Positions 47,820-56,474 of a DNA stretch of 64,000 bases are shown one piece after another. The translations under genes and the position numbers were made by a program. The notes under the pieces were generated by a model. That model had not been told where the DNA came from, did not search any database, and was given only the letters and a program-made list of their open reading frames with translations. How positions within the stretch are numbered: the first letter of the stretch is position 1; every line of letters starts with the position of its first letter. The stretch comes from Thermoplasmatota archaeon (lineage in GTDB: Archaea; Thermoplasmatota; Thermoplasmata; RBG-16-68-12; JAGMCJ01): contig JAJISE010000001.1 in the NCBI GenBank assembly GCA_022848865.1, positions 49,036 through 113,035 on the forward strand, in the 5' to 3' direction.

Positions 47820-48787
47820 AGGTCTGCCTGGGCGGGACCTTCGACAGGATTCACAAGGGACACAAGGCTCTGCTCGCGGAGGCGTTCGAGATCGGCGACG
47901 AGGTTGTCATAGGCCTCACCTCGGACGAGATGGCGCGGTCTGAGAAGAGCTCCTCGGTGTCCCCATACGATGCAAGAAAGGCAGCGCTCAACAACTACCT
48001 CGCGGCCAGCGGACACTCCAACTTCGAGATCGTGAGCATCGATGACAGGTTCGGACCGGCGAAGACAGAGCCGATCGACGCGATAGTGGTCTCGAAGGAG
48101 ACGAAGGGGACCGCAGAGGAGCTCAATGCGGAGAGGATGAAGTCTGGACTCAGCCCCCTGAAGATCGTCGAGATAGGCATGGTCCTTGCCGACGACTGCG
48201 CTCCCGTGTCCTCGAGCAGGATAAGGCTCGGAGAGATGGACGAGGGCGGCAAGATGGTTCGGCCGCTAATCGTCAACGTCGGGTCGAAGAACAGGACGAA
48301 GATATGGGCGGTCAGGGATGTCTTCCTGAAGCTCTTCGGCAAGGTGGAGGTTCATGGTGTTCCCGTGTCCTCCGATGTACCCAAGCAGCCCGTTGACGAG
48401 GAGGCTATCCGGGGCGCCGTGAACCGCGCCCAGGCAAGCCTCGGGGATGCGGATTTCGGCGTCGGGATAGAATCGGGAGTCGTCTGGAACGAGGAGGCGG
48501 GTTCGCATCTCTGCGTCCAGTTCTGCGCGGTCGTGGACAAGCTTGGAGAGGTAACATTGGGGCACAGTGCGGGATTCACGCTGCCTGCCGAAGTTGCGGA
48601 GAAGATTCGGGCGGGAAGCGATCTCGCGGAGGCCCTGTCGGGTGTGGAAGGTGTCCGAACGGAGGAGAGCAAAGGTGCTGTTGGGTTCCTGTCCGGTAAT
48701 CTCATTTCCCGATCGAGTCTCACTGAGTCCGCAGTTCTGATGGCGATGATCCCGCGAATCCGCAGAGACCTCTACTTCCCAGTCTGA
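47654..48787 (+). CDS. Fusion ORF. The N-terminal part is phosphopantetheine adenylyltransferase (archaeal PPAT, cytidylyltransferase fold) and the C-terminal part is a YjjX/DUF84-type non-canonical purine NTP phosphatase.
   Basis: PPAT HxGH motif (GGTFDRIHKGH) and ...SSRIRLGE end. Without an intervening stop it runs into MVRPLIVNVGSKNRTKIWAVRDVFLKLFG...VHGVPVSSDVPKQPVDEEAIRGAV, which aligns with the E. coli YjjX N-terminus. The internal ATG at 48254 has an SD-like sequence. The true 5' start is uncertain because there is no canonical start near the PPAT N-terminus at about 47810. Confidence 0.65.
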   Translation: MRAGNSREGRLLFGGLRERSQEDVEEEEEPAPLAVCEQHRRTHTHSPPELGVALLKVCLGGTFDRIHKGHKALLAEAFEIGDEVVIGLTSDEMARSEKSSSVSPYDARKAALNNYLAASGHSNFEIVSIDDRFGPAKTEPIDAIVVSKETKGTAEELNAERMKSGLSPLKIVEIGMVLADDCAPVSSSRIRLGEMDEGGKMVRPLIVNVGSKNRTKIWAVRDVFLKLFGKVEVHGVPVSSDVPKQPVDEEAIRGAVNRAQASLGDADFGVGIESGVVWNEEAGSHLCVQFCAVVDKLGEVTLGHSAGFTLPAEVAEKIRAGSDLAEALSGVEGVRTEESKGAVGFLSGNLISRSSLTESAVLMAMIPRIRRDLYFPV

Positions 48788-48925
48788 GCGATCCTCGGAA
48801 TCTCCGACTTCTATTCTCTCTGCCCTTCGCGAGGGAGCGTTCTCCTTCCGAGGCAAACATGCGGGCGGGAGTTACTGCCCTGCTCAAGCACTCCGACGGA
48901 CTACTGAAGGAATCGACGCAGCAGA

Positions 48926-49123
48926 GCATAGGATTCCTATGGCTCGCGTATAGGATTCGTATAGGATCCCTATGGAAACTGTATAGGATTCATATGGGAT
49001 TTGTATGGAATTTGTATGCAATCGGTATGAGTATCTCCTGAGCATCCCCTGAGCATCCTATGGTCATCTCCTGCGAAAGGTATAGAAGAGCTATGGGAAG
49101 AGTATGGGGAGAATATGGAAGTG
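48926..49123. repeat. Eighteen tandem units of an 11-bp degenerate repeat, about 80 bp upstream of the gap start codon. The unit consensus is roughly G/C-TATAGGATTC or G/C-TATGG-RA-NN. Examples are gtataggattc repeated three times, ctatggaaact, atatgggattt and gtatggaattt.
   Basis: I laid the sequence out by hand. Consecutive 11-mers from 48926 to 49123 share a TATGG/TATAGG core at a fixed phase. The array also contains a direct duplicate (tcctgagcatc then ccctgagcatc). The period is not a multiple of 3 and no frame is conserved, so the array is noncoding. Confidence 0.8.
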
Positions 49124-49203
49124 GAGAGGAAGAACTTGACCGTTCAGGGCAGTCCTTCGCAAACCTTTATACTCTTTCCATCGATTGCGGAGCGGGGGTT
49201 ATA

Positions 49204-50214
49204 TTGAGCGTCAAAGTGGCGATCAATGGCTATGGGACGATAGGTAAGAGGATAGCCGACGCGGTAGCTTCGCAGGATGATATGGAAGTGATCGGTGTAA
49301 CGAAGACCAGACCGACCTACGAGGCGAAGATGGCAATCTTGCGGGGATACCCGTTCTACGCAGCATCCGAGGAATCTGTAGGACGCTTCAAGGACAAGGG
49401 AATTGAGGTCCAGGGGACCCTTGACGACCTGCTCGAACAGGCTGACATAGTCGTGGACGGGACCCCCAAGAACATGGGATACAAGGAGACCTACGAGAAG
49501 GCGGGCGTGAAGGCCATATGGCAGGGAGGCGAGAAGCACGAGTTGACCGGGCTTTCGTTCAACGCCCAGGCGAACTACGACGAGGCGCTCGGCGCCGACT
49601 ACGTCAGAGTCGTTTCATGCAACACGACCGGACTCATAAGGACGCTGTACCCCCTTCACAAGGAGTTCGGAGTGGAGTATGTCATGGCCGTGATGATCAG
49701 GCGGGGAGCAGATCCCTGGGATACGAAGAGGGGCCCCATAAATGCGGTGGAGCCCGTGCTCAAGGTTCCGTCACACCACGGTCCCGATGTGCAGACGGTC
49801 ATGCCCTACCTGAACATCCAGACGACCGCGGTGAAGGTCCCGACGACCATAATGCATCTCCATTCCCTCATGGTCAGGCTGAAGCGGGAGGTCAGCAGAG
49901 ATGATGTCCTCAAAGTGTGGGAGAACTCCCCGAGGATCCTCTTCGTTGAGGGGGAGGAGGGAATCAAATCCACGGCCCAGATCATGGAGATGGCCAAGGA
50001 CATGTGCAGGAACAGGGCGGACCTGTACGAGATAGCCGTGTGGCGGGACGGCACCCATGTGGTGGGCGATTCGCTCTACTACTACCAGGCGATCCATCAG
50101 GAGTCCGATGTCGTGCCCGAGAACGTGGACGCGATCAGGGCCATGATGGAAATCGAGAAGGACAACATGAAGAGCATGAAGAAGACGGACCTCGCATTGG
50201 GCATAGAGTGCTAG
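49204..50214 (+). CDS. gap: Glyceraldehyde-3-phosphate dehydrogenase, archaeal type.
   Basis: [19 protein letters not shown] is the archaeal GAPDH N-terminus and the active-site SCNTTGL is present. The start is TTG at 49204, giving [11 protein letters not shown], 5 nt after GGGGG. The track ORF start at 49060 lies inside the repeat array and is spurious. Confidence 0.9.
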   Translation: MSVKVAINGYGTIGKRIADAVASQDDMEVIGVTKTRPTYEAKMAILRGYPFYAASEESVGRFKDKGIEVQGTLDDLLEQADIVVDGTPKNMGYKETYEKAGVKAIWQGGEKHELTGLSFNAQANYDEALGADYVRVVSCNTTGLIRTLYPLHKEFGVEYVMAVMIRRGADPWDTKRGPINAVEPVLKVPSHHGPDVQTVMPYLNIQTTAVKVPTTIMHLHSLMVRLKREVSRDDVLKVWENSPRILFVEGEEGIKSTAQIMEMAKDMCRNRADLYEIAVWRDGTHVVGDSLYYYQAIHQESDVVPENVDAIRAMMEIEKDNMKSMKKTDLALGIEC

Positions 50215-50367
50215 ATTCGATGAGCCAGATGGTGAGGTTCAAAACCTTACATTGTCAGAAACTTGACAGAAGCCCCGCAGGGAAGCGCCGCGAAAATGGG
50301 GGTAGCGAGAACGGAGCGCCACCGATTTTGAGGGTAGAGGCGAAGCCGAGCACCGCGAGTTTCGAGG

Positions 50368-51438
50368 TCAGTTGGAGCGCCGTACGGCTTCGAGGATTTC
50401 CGAGATACGATCTGCGATATCATCCTCTACACCAGACTGCAAGAGTGAATACATCGCTTCTCGTATCTTTCCGTCAAGCCCATAGTACTTGACGTTGCCC
50501 AGCGAAGCATGCGGCTGAAGAGCTAGATATGTTTCATGGTCACTCTCAAGAACCCAGAAGACAAGGAGTTCCACGGCGTCTGGATGTCCTGCGCCTACGA
50601 GGACGTTGAACGCCCTCTTCGCAATCTGGCGCGAAGGCATCGACTTCCCGATTTCCCTGATCTTCTCCATCCATCGAGACACCACATTCTTCTCAATGGT
50701 TCTCCCTCTGTAACCAAGAATACGGAGGAATTCAAGAGCGCCCTCGATTTCCTTCTCGGATTTGGAGTCCAACGTTTTCCTCACCAGTTCCGGGATTTCC
50801 TCGTGCTCGAATATGATGTACGTGTGCACCATGGACTCGAGGTCCATCAACGCCTCAAGACGAAGCGACGGATTCTCGCTCTTGAGCATCTTCACAATCA
50901 AAGAGGCTTCTGAATCCGGGATTTGCTTCCTTGGAGGCTCTCTCTGTGCCGGCGTTATTTCTGGCCTTTCTCCATGGAGCAATCCCTTCATTCTCAGACG
51001 CATGATTACACCAGCGCTATCAAGGTAGTCTGTCTTATCACCGATACGTATGGGGAACCGGAACTTGTCATCGCAGTGTGGCACGGTGCCCTCCGGTACT
51101 TCGAGAACAAGGAACTCCTTGTTTCCCCATGAAATCCGCTTGCTGTTGATAGCAACAGGTGGGCGGCAGTTCCCTGCCTGCTGAGAGATTCTGCTAGGGT
51201 CTCTCTCATCTATCTGGCATCCAATAGGATTCTTCTCATCGGTAAAACCGAAGACAATGTGACCTCCTTCGTGATTGGCCAAGGCGGCTATGTCCGTCGA
51301 CAATCCCCTAATCACCTCATCCGAAATCTCCCTCTTGAGTTCCACGTGAGAACTCTCGGCATCACGAACTAGCTCCTCAAGATCATCCAGCGTCTTAACC
51401 ATGTCATGTCCCTCCACATAGAACTTCCATCTACCCAA
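50368..51438 (-). CDS. AlbA_2 (Schlafen-like, putative DNA-binding) domain protein with C-terminal HEAT/PBS-lyase-like repeats.
   Basis: AlbA_2 consensus blocks are present (HVELKREISDEV, IAALANHEGGHIVFGFTDEKNPIG). The C-terminal helical repeats include GHPDAVELLVFWVLESDHETYLALQ. It lies within the lower-GC island. Confidence 0.55.
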   Translation of the reverse strand: MGRWKFYVEGHDMVKTLDDLEELVRDAESSHVELKREISDEVIRGLSTDIAALANHEGGHIVFGFTDEKNPIGCQIDERDPSRISQQAGNCRPPVAINSKRISWGNKEFLVLEVPEGTVPHCDDKFRFPIRIGDKTDYLDSAGVIMRLRMKGLLHGERPEITPAQREPPRKQIPDSEASLIVKMLKSENPSLRLEALMDLESMVHTYIIFEHEEIPELVRKTLDSKSEKEIEGALEFLRILGYRGRTIEKNVVSRWMEKIREIGKSMPSRQIAKRAFNVLVGAGHPDAVELLVFWVLESDHETYLALQPHASLGNVKYYGLDGKIREAMYSLLQSGVEDDIADRISEILEAVRRSN

Positions 51439-51679
51439 AGAAATCGGATAGCTCCCTTTCTATCCTTTTCCAAACAGGAATACTACAGTCAATTGTCACG
51501 TGCACGGTGTTCTCACGGACTTCATAAGTCCCTGATAGAAGACCAGTTGGATGAGAGAAATTCCCCCTCCGAGCGTTGCCAGACAGTGACCATCCATTCT
51601 CTTCGGCTCGCTGGTTCACGATTCTGAATAGGTCTTCTGGAGTGTATTTCAAGTCAATATCGTATGTTCTTCTCGCCAT
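51431..51679 (-). CDS. Hypothetical 82-aa protein that overlaps the start of the AlbA_2 gene by 8 nt (same operon).
   Basis: Compact ORF with ATG/stop overlap coupling. I recognise no family. Confidence 0.35.
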   Translation of the reverse strand: MARRTYDIDLKYTPEDLFRIVNQRAEENGWSLSGNARRGNFSHPTGLLSGTYEVRENTVHVTIDCSIPVWKRIERELSDFFG

Positions 51680-52450
51680 TGTCAGAGATATGGCATTGGT
51701 TCCTTATCTATGTGTCCCACGACGTGCGACGACGACTATCCAGCGTGTCCGTTGTACCGGACCAGGAGGCTGTAATCTGGAAAGGGAATCTCCCCGTAGG
51801 TGAACGGCTGGAATCGTCCACTGCCTTCAATGATCCCCTCTCCTACGTTGAGGGCGTCGATGGTTGGCTGATACACTCTGGACCATCGGGGCCTGCGAGC
51901 TGCGGGCAGGTAGGTGAAATACTGGAGCTTCTCGACCAGTCGGTTGTCAATGTCGCTGATGTTGTGGGTCGTTACACAGACGGAGATTGAGCGCCTTCCG
52001 ATAGTTTTCTTATTTGACTCCGAGCTCTATCATCTTCTTGACCAGAAGTCTCTGAACATCTTCATCTTGGAGTATCGTTGAGAGCTTTCCATCCAGGCTC
52101 TCCATTTCGTCCTGCAGTGCTGCCGCAGTCTGAATATCGAGTATGGCCCCACACCCAGTGCAGAACCTACCTGTAGCTTTGGACAAGGCTCAACACGAAC
52201 TCAGGGAGGACCTCCAACCCATACCTCTCACAAACGAGCATAGAAGAATACTTCCCCTGAAGAAGGGATCATCGTACTGCGTAGCTGTATCACAAAGTCG
52301 TCTTACGGTCGCTAGGGATGAGGAATGAATACAGCATTTGGTGTCATATGGAAATGCGTACAGGTTTCTGATCTTGGGAATGATTGTGCAGATGGTGGCG
52401 GAGTCTGCTACCCAGGAGAGGTTTCCCACTTCGAGCTTTCCGGAAGGTCC

Positions 52451-53968
52451 TCAGGGTCCCGCTTCATCTGGCCCTTTCCTTCTATTCACAATCAGCAGTG
52501 CAAGCATCACCACGACAATCCCAACTGGAAGACCTACTGCGATCCACATCCAATCTTGAGAACCCTCCTTCGGCAGAGGACCTCTTTCGAGCACTATCTC
52601 TCCAATATCAATCGTCGGTGTGCCTTCCGATACAGAGAATATCATTGTCTCATGGCCCACATATCCCTCTCTGGATACAAGCACCGTGTAGCTGCCGAAA
52701 GGAACATCGAAAAACTCAAAAACACCATTTGGATCGGCGGTCTCAGCATCCACTATGTTGCCAGTGCCCACATCCTTCAGTTGGACGACTGCGCCTTCCA
52801 ACGGATTCCCTTCCTTGTCCTGAACCGTCCCTGCTATCGTGCCTGTTGTCGTTAGTTCGGCTTCCGTCGTCCAGGTCCATGCATAAGGAGTAGTTGCCAA
52901 TGGATTGCCGTTCACATCGTCGGCTCCTGACACAGTGAATGTGTATGTGATGGAGAATGCAAAGTCATCGCGCGTCCCTGTTATCTTGGTGTCTCCAGCA
53001 TTCCATGTCCACGTCCAACCTCCGACATATGGGTCGATTGTGAAGTCGAAGCTTGTAGTATCCATCGCCTCGCTGAACCTAACAACGACATCTTGGGTGA
53101 TTTGCACATTTGAATCGGAGCTTGCTGGTGTCGTGGAAAGAATCGATGGTGGCGTGACATCGCCCGACGGAGCAGCAACAGCAATTGTATGCAAGACATC
53201 TGCTAACGTGTTAGCAGCTCTATTCAAAGATGCACCCGCACTGTCTTTGAACGCAGGATCTAACCAGTCATAACTACTGTCCATCCAAGTGCAGCTTTTG
53301 ATATCGGCACCATCCCCGAATGTTGTACTATAGGCAACATCAAGTGCGGCATCGTAAGCATCTATCGAAAAAAGAGCCCCATCGAAAGCAAGATAGGGAT
53401 CGAACATGCTCGACATATAGCTCGTCGTCCGATCTCTAACGTAGTTCTCATAATCGCTATGGTGCGTCTCCGCACCCCAATCAGTGCTCGAGCCCATAAC
53501 GTGCCCGAAAACAGCTAGGTCGACTATGTAGTGGCTCATAACACCTGCGTATTTGGCTGCCAGGGCATCGTTCCCACTATTGAGATGGTCGATGACATCC
53601 TCGTATGCTTGCTGGGCTCTTGTTGCAGAAATACCATCCTGCAGATTACCGGACGAATAGTAGTAGACATGGTGGTTGAAAGAGTCACCGATGCCGTCGG
53701 GCGCTCCACCGTTGTCCGGTAGCTCAGTACCGTAGAGATAGTCTTGGAGGTTGCTAAGGATGTATTGCTTCTCATTGCTCGGAAGCCAGTCCAAAGCATG
53801 CTCAGCTATCCAGTCGTGTGTGCCGTAATCAGGATTCGAGGGGTCGGCGCTGTATCCGCCATTGGACCACGCGACGGTTTGTGATGCTGCGAGCAATATT
53901 GGGAGCATGCCTGCAAGCATGATTGCTGTTATGATGTAGACCTTAGTCCTCCTGAGATTCTCCTCCAT
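52451..53968 (-). CDS. Secreted, membrane-anchored protein with a zinc-dependent phospholipase C-like domain, followed by an Ig-like domain, a carboxypeptidase-regulatory-like domain and a C-terminal TM anchor.
   Basis: The signal peptide begins at the internal ATG 53968 (MEENLRRTKVYIITAIMLAGMLPILLAA). PLC-like blocks HDWIAEHAL and SHYIVDLAVFGHV compare with Bacillus cereus PLC HLWIVNRAI and LHYLGDVNQPMHA. The CarboxypepD_reg block is GTIAGTVQDKEGNPLEGAVVQLKD...GSYTVLVSREGY. A TM segment plus NRRKG closes the protein. Confidence 0.6.
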   Translation of the reverse strand: MEENLRRTKVYIITAIMLAGMLPILLAASQTVAWSNGGYSADPSNPDYGTHDWIAEHALDWLPSNEKQYILSNLQDYLYGTELPDNGGAPDGIGDSFNHHVYYYSSGNLQDGISATRAQQAYEDVIDHLNSGNDALAAKYAGVMSHYIVDLAVFGHVMGSSTDWGAETHHSDYENYVRDRTTSYMSSMFDPYLAFDGALFSIDAYDAALDVAYSTTFGDGADIKSCTWMDSSYDWLDPAFKDSAGASLNRAANTLADVLHTIAVAAPSGDVTPPSILSTTPASSDSNVQITQDVVVRFSEAMDTTSFDFTIDPYVGGWTWTWNAGDTKITGTRDDFAFSITYTFTVSGADDVNGNPLATTPYAWTWTTEAELTTTGTIAGTVQDKEGNPLEGAVVQLKDVGTGNIVDAETADPNGVFEFFDVPFGSYTVLVSREGYVGHETMIFSVSEGTPTIDIGEIVLERGPLPKEGSQDWMWIAVGLPVGIVVVMLALLIVNRRKGPDEAGP

Positions 53969-54428
53969 TCCGCCGTTTCCCCCGAATGGCTGAGTGTTGA
54001 ATCCGTTGCGCCGATAAAAGTGTTTCCCAGAAGGCATTTCAGAATCACTTCTCGGGAGCCATTTCAGAGGGAACAGTTTGCCATCGTAACGTCGCTGTTC
54101 ATATCGAAGGAAATCACTTCTCGTCTGAAGGTAGGCTCTTGGAGGCTTTCTCGTGGATTCTGAGCCACTTTCACTTTGGGATGAGCGGAAGCTGTCAAAA
54201 GAGAACCACTGCCAGAGAGCAGTCTGTCTGCCTCTGTGTGCATTTCCTGACTCTCCTTCGCTAGAGTGCATTGGGACGGTCCTCTCAAACCGTTTCCCAT
54301 CCCGAGAGGGATATGCAAATAGGATGATATGATTATTTTCTGAGCATATGTGATGGAAAGTGTCTAATAGCAGGTATGATATAAAGCTCAGCAAAGCATA
54401 TAGTCTGATAATCCATGCTTAGCATATC

Positions 54429-54656
54429 TTGGTATCAGACAAGTCTGCTTTCGGGGATGATGAAGTGGAAAAGAAGATTCTGGAGGCAATTCGCAATAGT
54501 CCAAGGGGAACCTATATCGAAGAGCTGGCGAGGGAACTCAAGTTGAATAGAGCGACTATCAAGGATCGGGTAATCAGATTGGAAGCTCAGGGAAAGATAG
54601 AGGCCGAGAAGAAAGGAGCTACCAAGATGCTCTACTACAAAGAGGACGGGAACTGA
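54429..54656 (+). CDS. Small winged-helix DNA-binding protein, a possible controller for the adjacent R-M genes.
   Basis: The 75-aa protein has wHTH-like ILEAIRNSPRGTYIEELARELKLNRATIKDRVIRLEAQGKI. It lies immediately upstream of the methyltransferase. Confidence 0.45.
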   Translation: MVSDKSAFGDDEVEKKILEAIRNSPRGTYIEELARELKLNRATIKDRVIRLEAQGKIEAEKKGATKMLYYKEDGN

Positions 54657-54689
54657 GTTCCAGTGGAAATGACGGGGACGGTGTCTTAG

Positions 54690-55490
54690 TTGGCCGGCGA
54701 AGTGATTTTGGGCGATGCCCTGGAAGGCATGGAGAGACTGGACAAAGAGACCTTCGACTGCGTCTATGCAGATCCAGACTACAATGTGGGAGTGAACTAC
54801 AATGGCAAGAGGTACAAGAGATCTTTTGAGGAATACATCGAATGGTGCTCTGAGTGGTCAAGGGAAGCCCACAGGCTACTCAAACCCACCGGTAATTTCT
54901 TTGTGGTGAACTACCCAAGGAACAATGCCTATCTTTGGGCAAGCACTCTGGACGAATTGTACCACGATGTGCAGGAATATGTGTGGGTCTATAACACCAA
55001 TGTGGGGCATTCACCGAAGAGATTCACTACAGCTCATAGGTCAGTTCTCCACTGTCGAAAGACCAATGACAACAACTGGTTCAAGGATCAAGTGGCTCAA
55101 CCGTACAAGAATCCCACGGACAAACGCATAAGAAGGAACATCGCCAACGGATCTAAGGGAAGAATGCCGTATTCTTGGCTCTATTACAACCTCGTGAAGA
55201 ATGTCTCAAGGGAAAAGACAAATCACGTATGTCAAATCCCACAGAAGCTTTCGGAACTGCTATTCAAGGCCTCCATGAAAAAGGGTGACAAGGTCCTGGT
55301 GATGTTCGGGGGCTCGGGTAGTGAAGTCTTGGTGGCAACTCGTCTTGGGCTGGAATACACGACCTTCGAAATAGACCCCAAGTATCACAAGCTCATTCTC
55401 AAGCGAATCAAGAGAGTAGAGACGGCGGTCAGAGAGGGAGAGTTGAAGCCCCTAACATATTATACTGAACCGCTCTCACAAACTCAATAG
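54690..55490 (+). CDS. DNA methyltransferase (beta-class N4-cytosine/N6-adenine).
   Basis: Motif IV variant DPDY (VYADPDYNVGVNY) sits near the N-terminus and motif I FGGSGS near the C-terminus. This is the beta-class order. Confidence 0.75.
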   Translation: MAGEVILGDALEGMERLDKETFDCVYADPDYNVGVNYNGKRYKRSFEEYIEWCSEWSREAHRLLKPTGNFFVVNYPRNNAYLWASTLDELYHDVQEYVWVYNTNVGHSPKRFTTAHRSVLHCRKTNDNNWFKDQVAQPYKNPTDKRIRRNIANGSKGRMPYSWLYYNLVKNVSREKTNHVCQIPQKLSELLFKASMKKGDKVLVMFGGSGSEVLVATRLGLEYTTFEIDPKYHKLILKRIKRVETAVREGELKPLTYYTEPLSQTQ

Positions 55491-56247
55491 AATTGAAGTC
55501 CAGAGAGTTCTTGAACCTATACTCATGAAGCCTTACATAGCTCTGCTTCTTCGACTTAACCATGTTAGCGTAGATGTATCTGAGGCTGAACTTCGGTGGG
55601 ATGACTTTCTCCCTCTGGAACTTCTCGAAATACTTCATCGCTGTGAATAGCTGTCTGATCTCGAAGTTCGTCCTTGTCCCTCTCTTCACTTCTATTGGAG
55701 CGATAACGTCTTTGCCCTCCACAAATCCATCGATCTCCAATTGAAGTTGGTCTGGGTAGAAATCGTACTTGCCTATCTTGAAGTGAAATGAGAACTTCGA
55801 GCGTCTGGAATTGTGGATACGCAAGTCAGCGTCTCTCCGTCCGCATAGGAAATCGTGGAGTATCCTCTCGTTGTAGAGTGTCGAGAATGCCGAAGCCTCA
55901 CTCGCTCCAATCTCGTCCAACATGCTACCCCTCAACTTCCAGGGTTTGACTTCGTCCACATCCTCCAAGTAGTGATAACCGGTACCGCTGACGAAGGCAT
56001 GGTTTCCCCTTCCGAGATGGATGATAAAATAGCCCTCATCTTTCAAGGCTTCGGGCAACCTCTCATAGGTGTCAAACTTCGTCGCATCGAACTGATTGAC
56101 AAAGGCATACTTGACACAAATCTCCCTCACTTGGGGCGTGTTGAAATTGATGACATCGAGTCTTTCATCTTCGGGTTTCAGTCTTGTGAATAGCTCCGTA
56201 ATGATTCGCCGTTTCTTACCCTCTTTCTTTGCCATCTTTTCAGACAA
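55429..56247 (-). CDS. Putative type II restriction endonuclease, convergent with the methyltransferase and overlapping it by about 60 bp.
   Basis: A PD-(D/E)xK-like block is present (IDGFVEGKDVIAPIEVKRG). The call rests on R-M gene context. There is no family-level similarity that I can verify. Confidence 0.4.
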   Translation of the reverse strand: MSEKMAKKEGKKRRIITELFTRLKPEDERLDVINFNTPQVREICVKYAFVNQFDATKFDTYERLPEALKDEGYFIIHLGRGNHAFVSGTGYHYLEDVDEVKPWKLRGSMLDEIGASEASAFSTLYNERILHDFLCGRRDADLRIHNSRRSKFSFHFKIGKYDFYPDQLQLEIDGFVEGKDVIAPIEVKRGTRTNFEIRQLFTAMKYFEKFQREKVIPPKFSLRYIYANMVKSKKQSYVRLHEYRFKNSLDFNSIEFVRAVQYNMLGASTLPL

Positions 56248-56474
56248 AGAGGCAGTGGACTATTAACCTTTGGTGAGTGAGTCAATGTCCGACAGCTGCC
56301 ATCCAGTATTCCGAGGAATATCCTAACTAACGGGAAGGGACCCCGTCCGACTTCTGTCAGCCAGCATTTCGAAGGAGTGTATCACTTAACGGCACGGAAT
56401 CTCTGAACCGAAACCAGCAAGTATGTCTAGTAGGTTAGGAAGGTCGATTCCTGCGAAAGGAAGGAGTGTAGACC

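Noticed and set aside
48926-49123. Possibility that the repeat array is a CRISPR locus.
   Set aside because: The units are 11 bp, contiguous, degenerate, and have no spacers. CRISPR repeats are 24-48 bp, near-identical, and separated by unique spacers of similar length.
49060-49203. The track's N-terminal 48 codons of the gap ORF ([28 protein letters not shown]...).
   Set aside because: They are encoded by the 11-bp repeat array and the spacer. GAPDH homology begins at [10 protein letters not shown], and a TTG at 49204 with a GGGGG SD gives the canonical N-terminus.
50215-50367. Imperfect palindrome TGTCAGAAACTTGACA just after the gap stop, considered as a terminator or island attachment site.
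   Set aside because: No T-run follows it. No matching direct repeat was found at the other island border.
52017-52166. A 31-50-codon minus-strand ORF (…FCTGCGAILDIQTAAALQDEMESLDGKLSTILQDEDVQRLLVKKMIELGVK).
   Set aside because: It is below the usual length threshold and has no start-codon context or homology. It could be a real small Zn-finger peptide in the island, but the evidence is too thin.
53969-54394. N-terminal 142 codons of the track ORF 52451..54394.
   Set aside because: There is no signal peptide at the track start. A textbook signal peptide begins at the internal ATG 53968, with a GGGGG SD upstream. The upstream residues are Ser/Arg-rich and non-protein-like.
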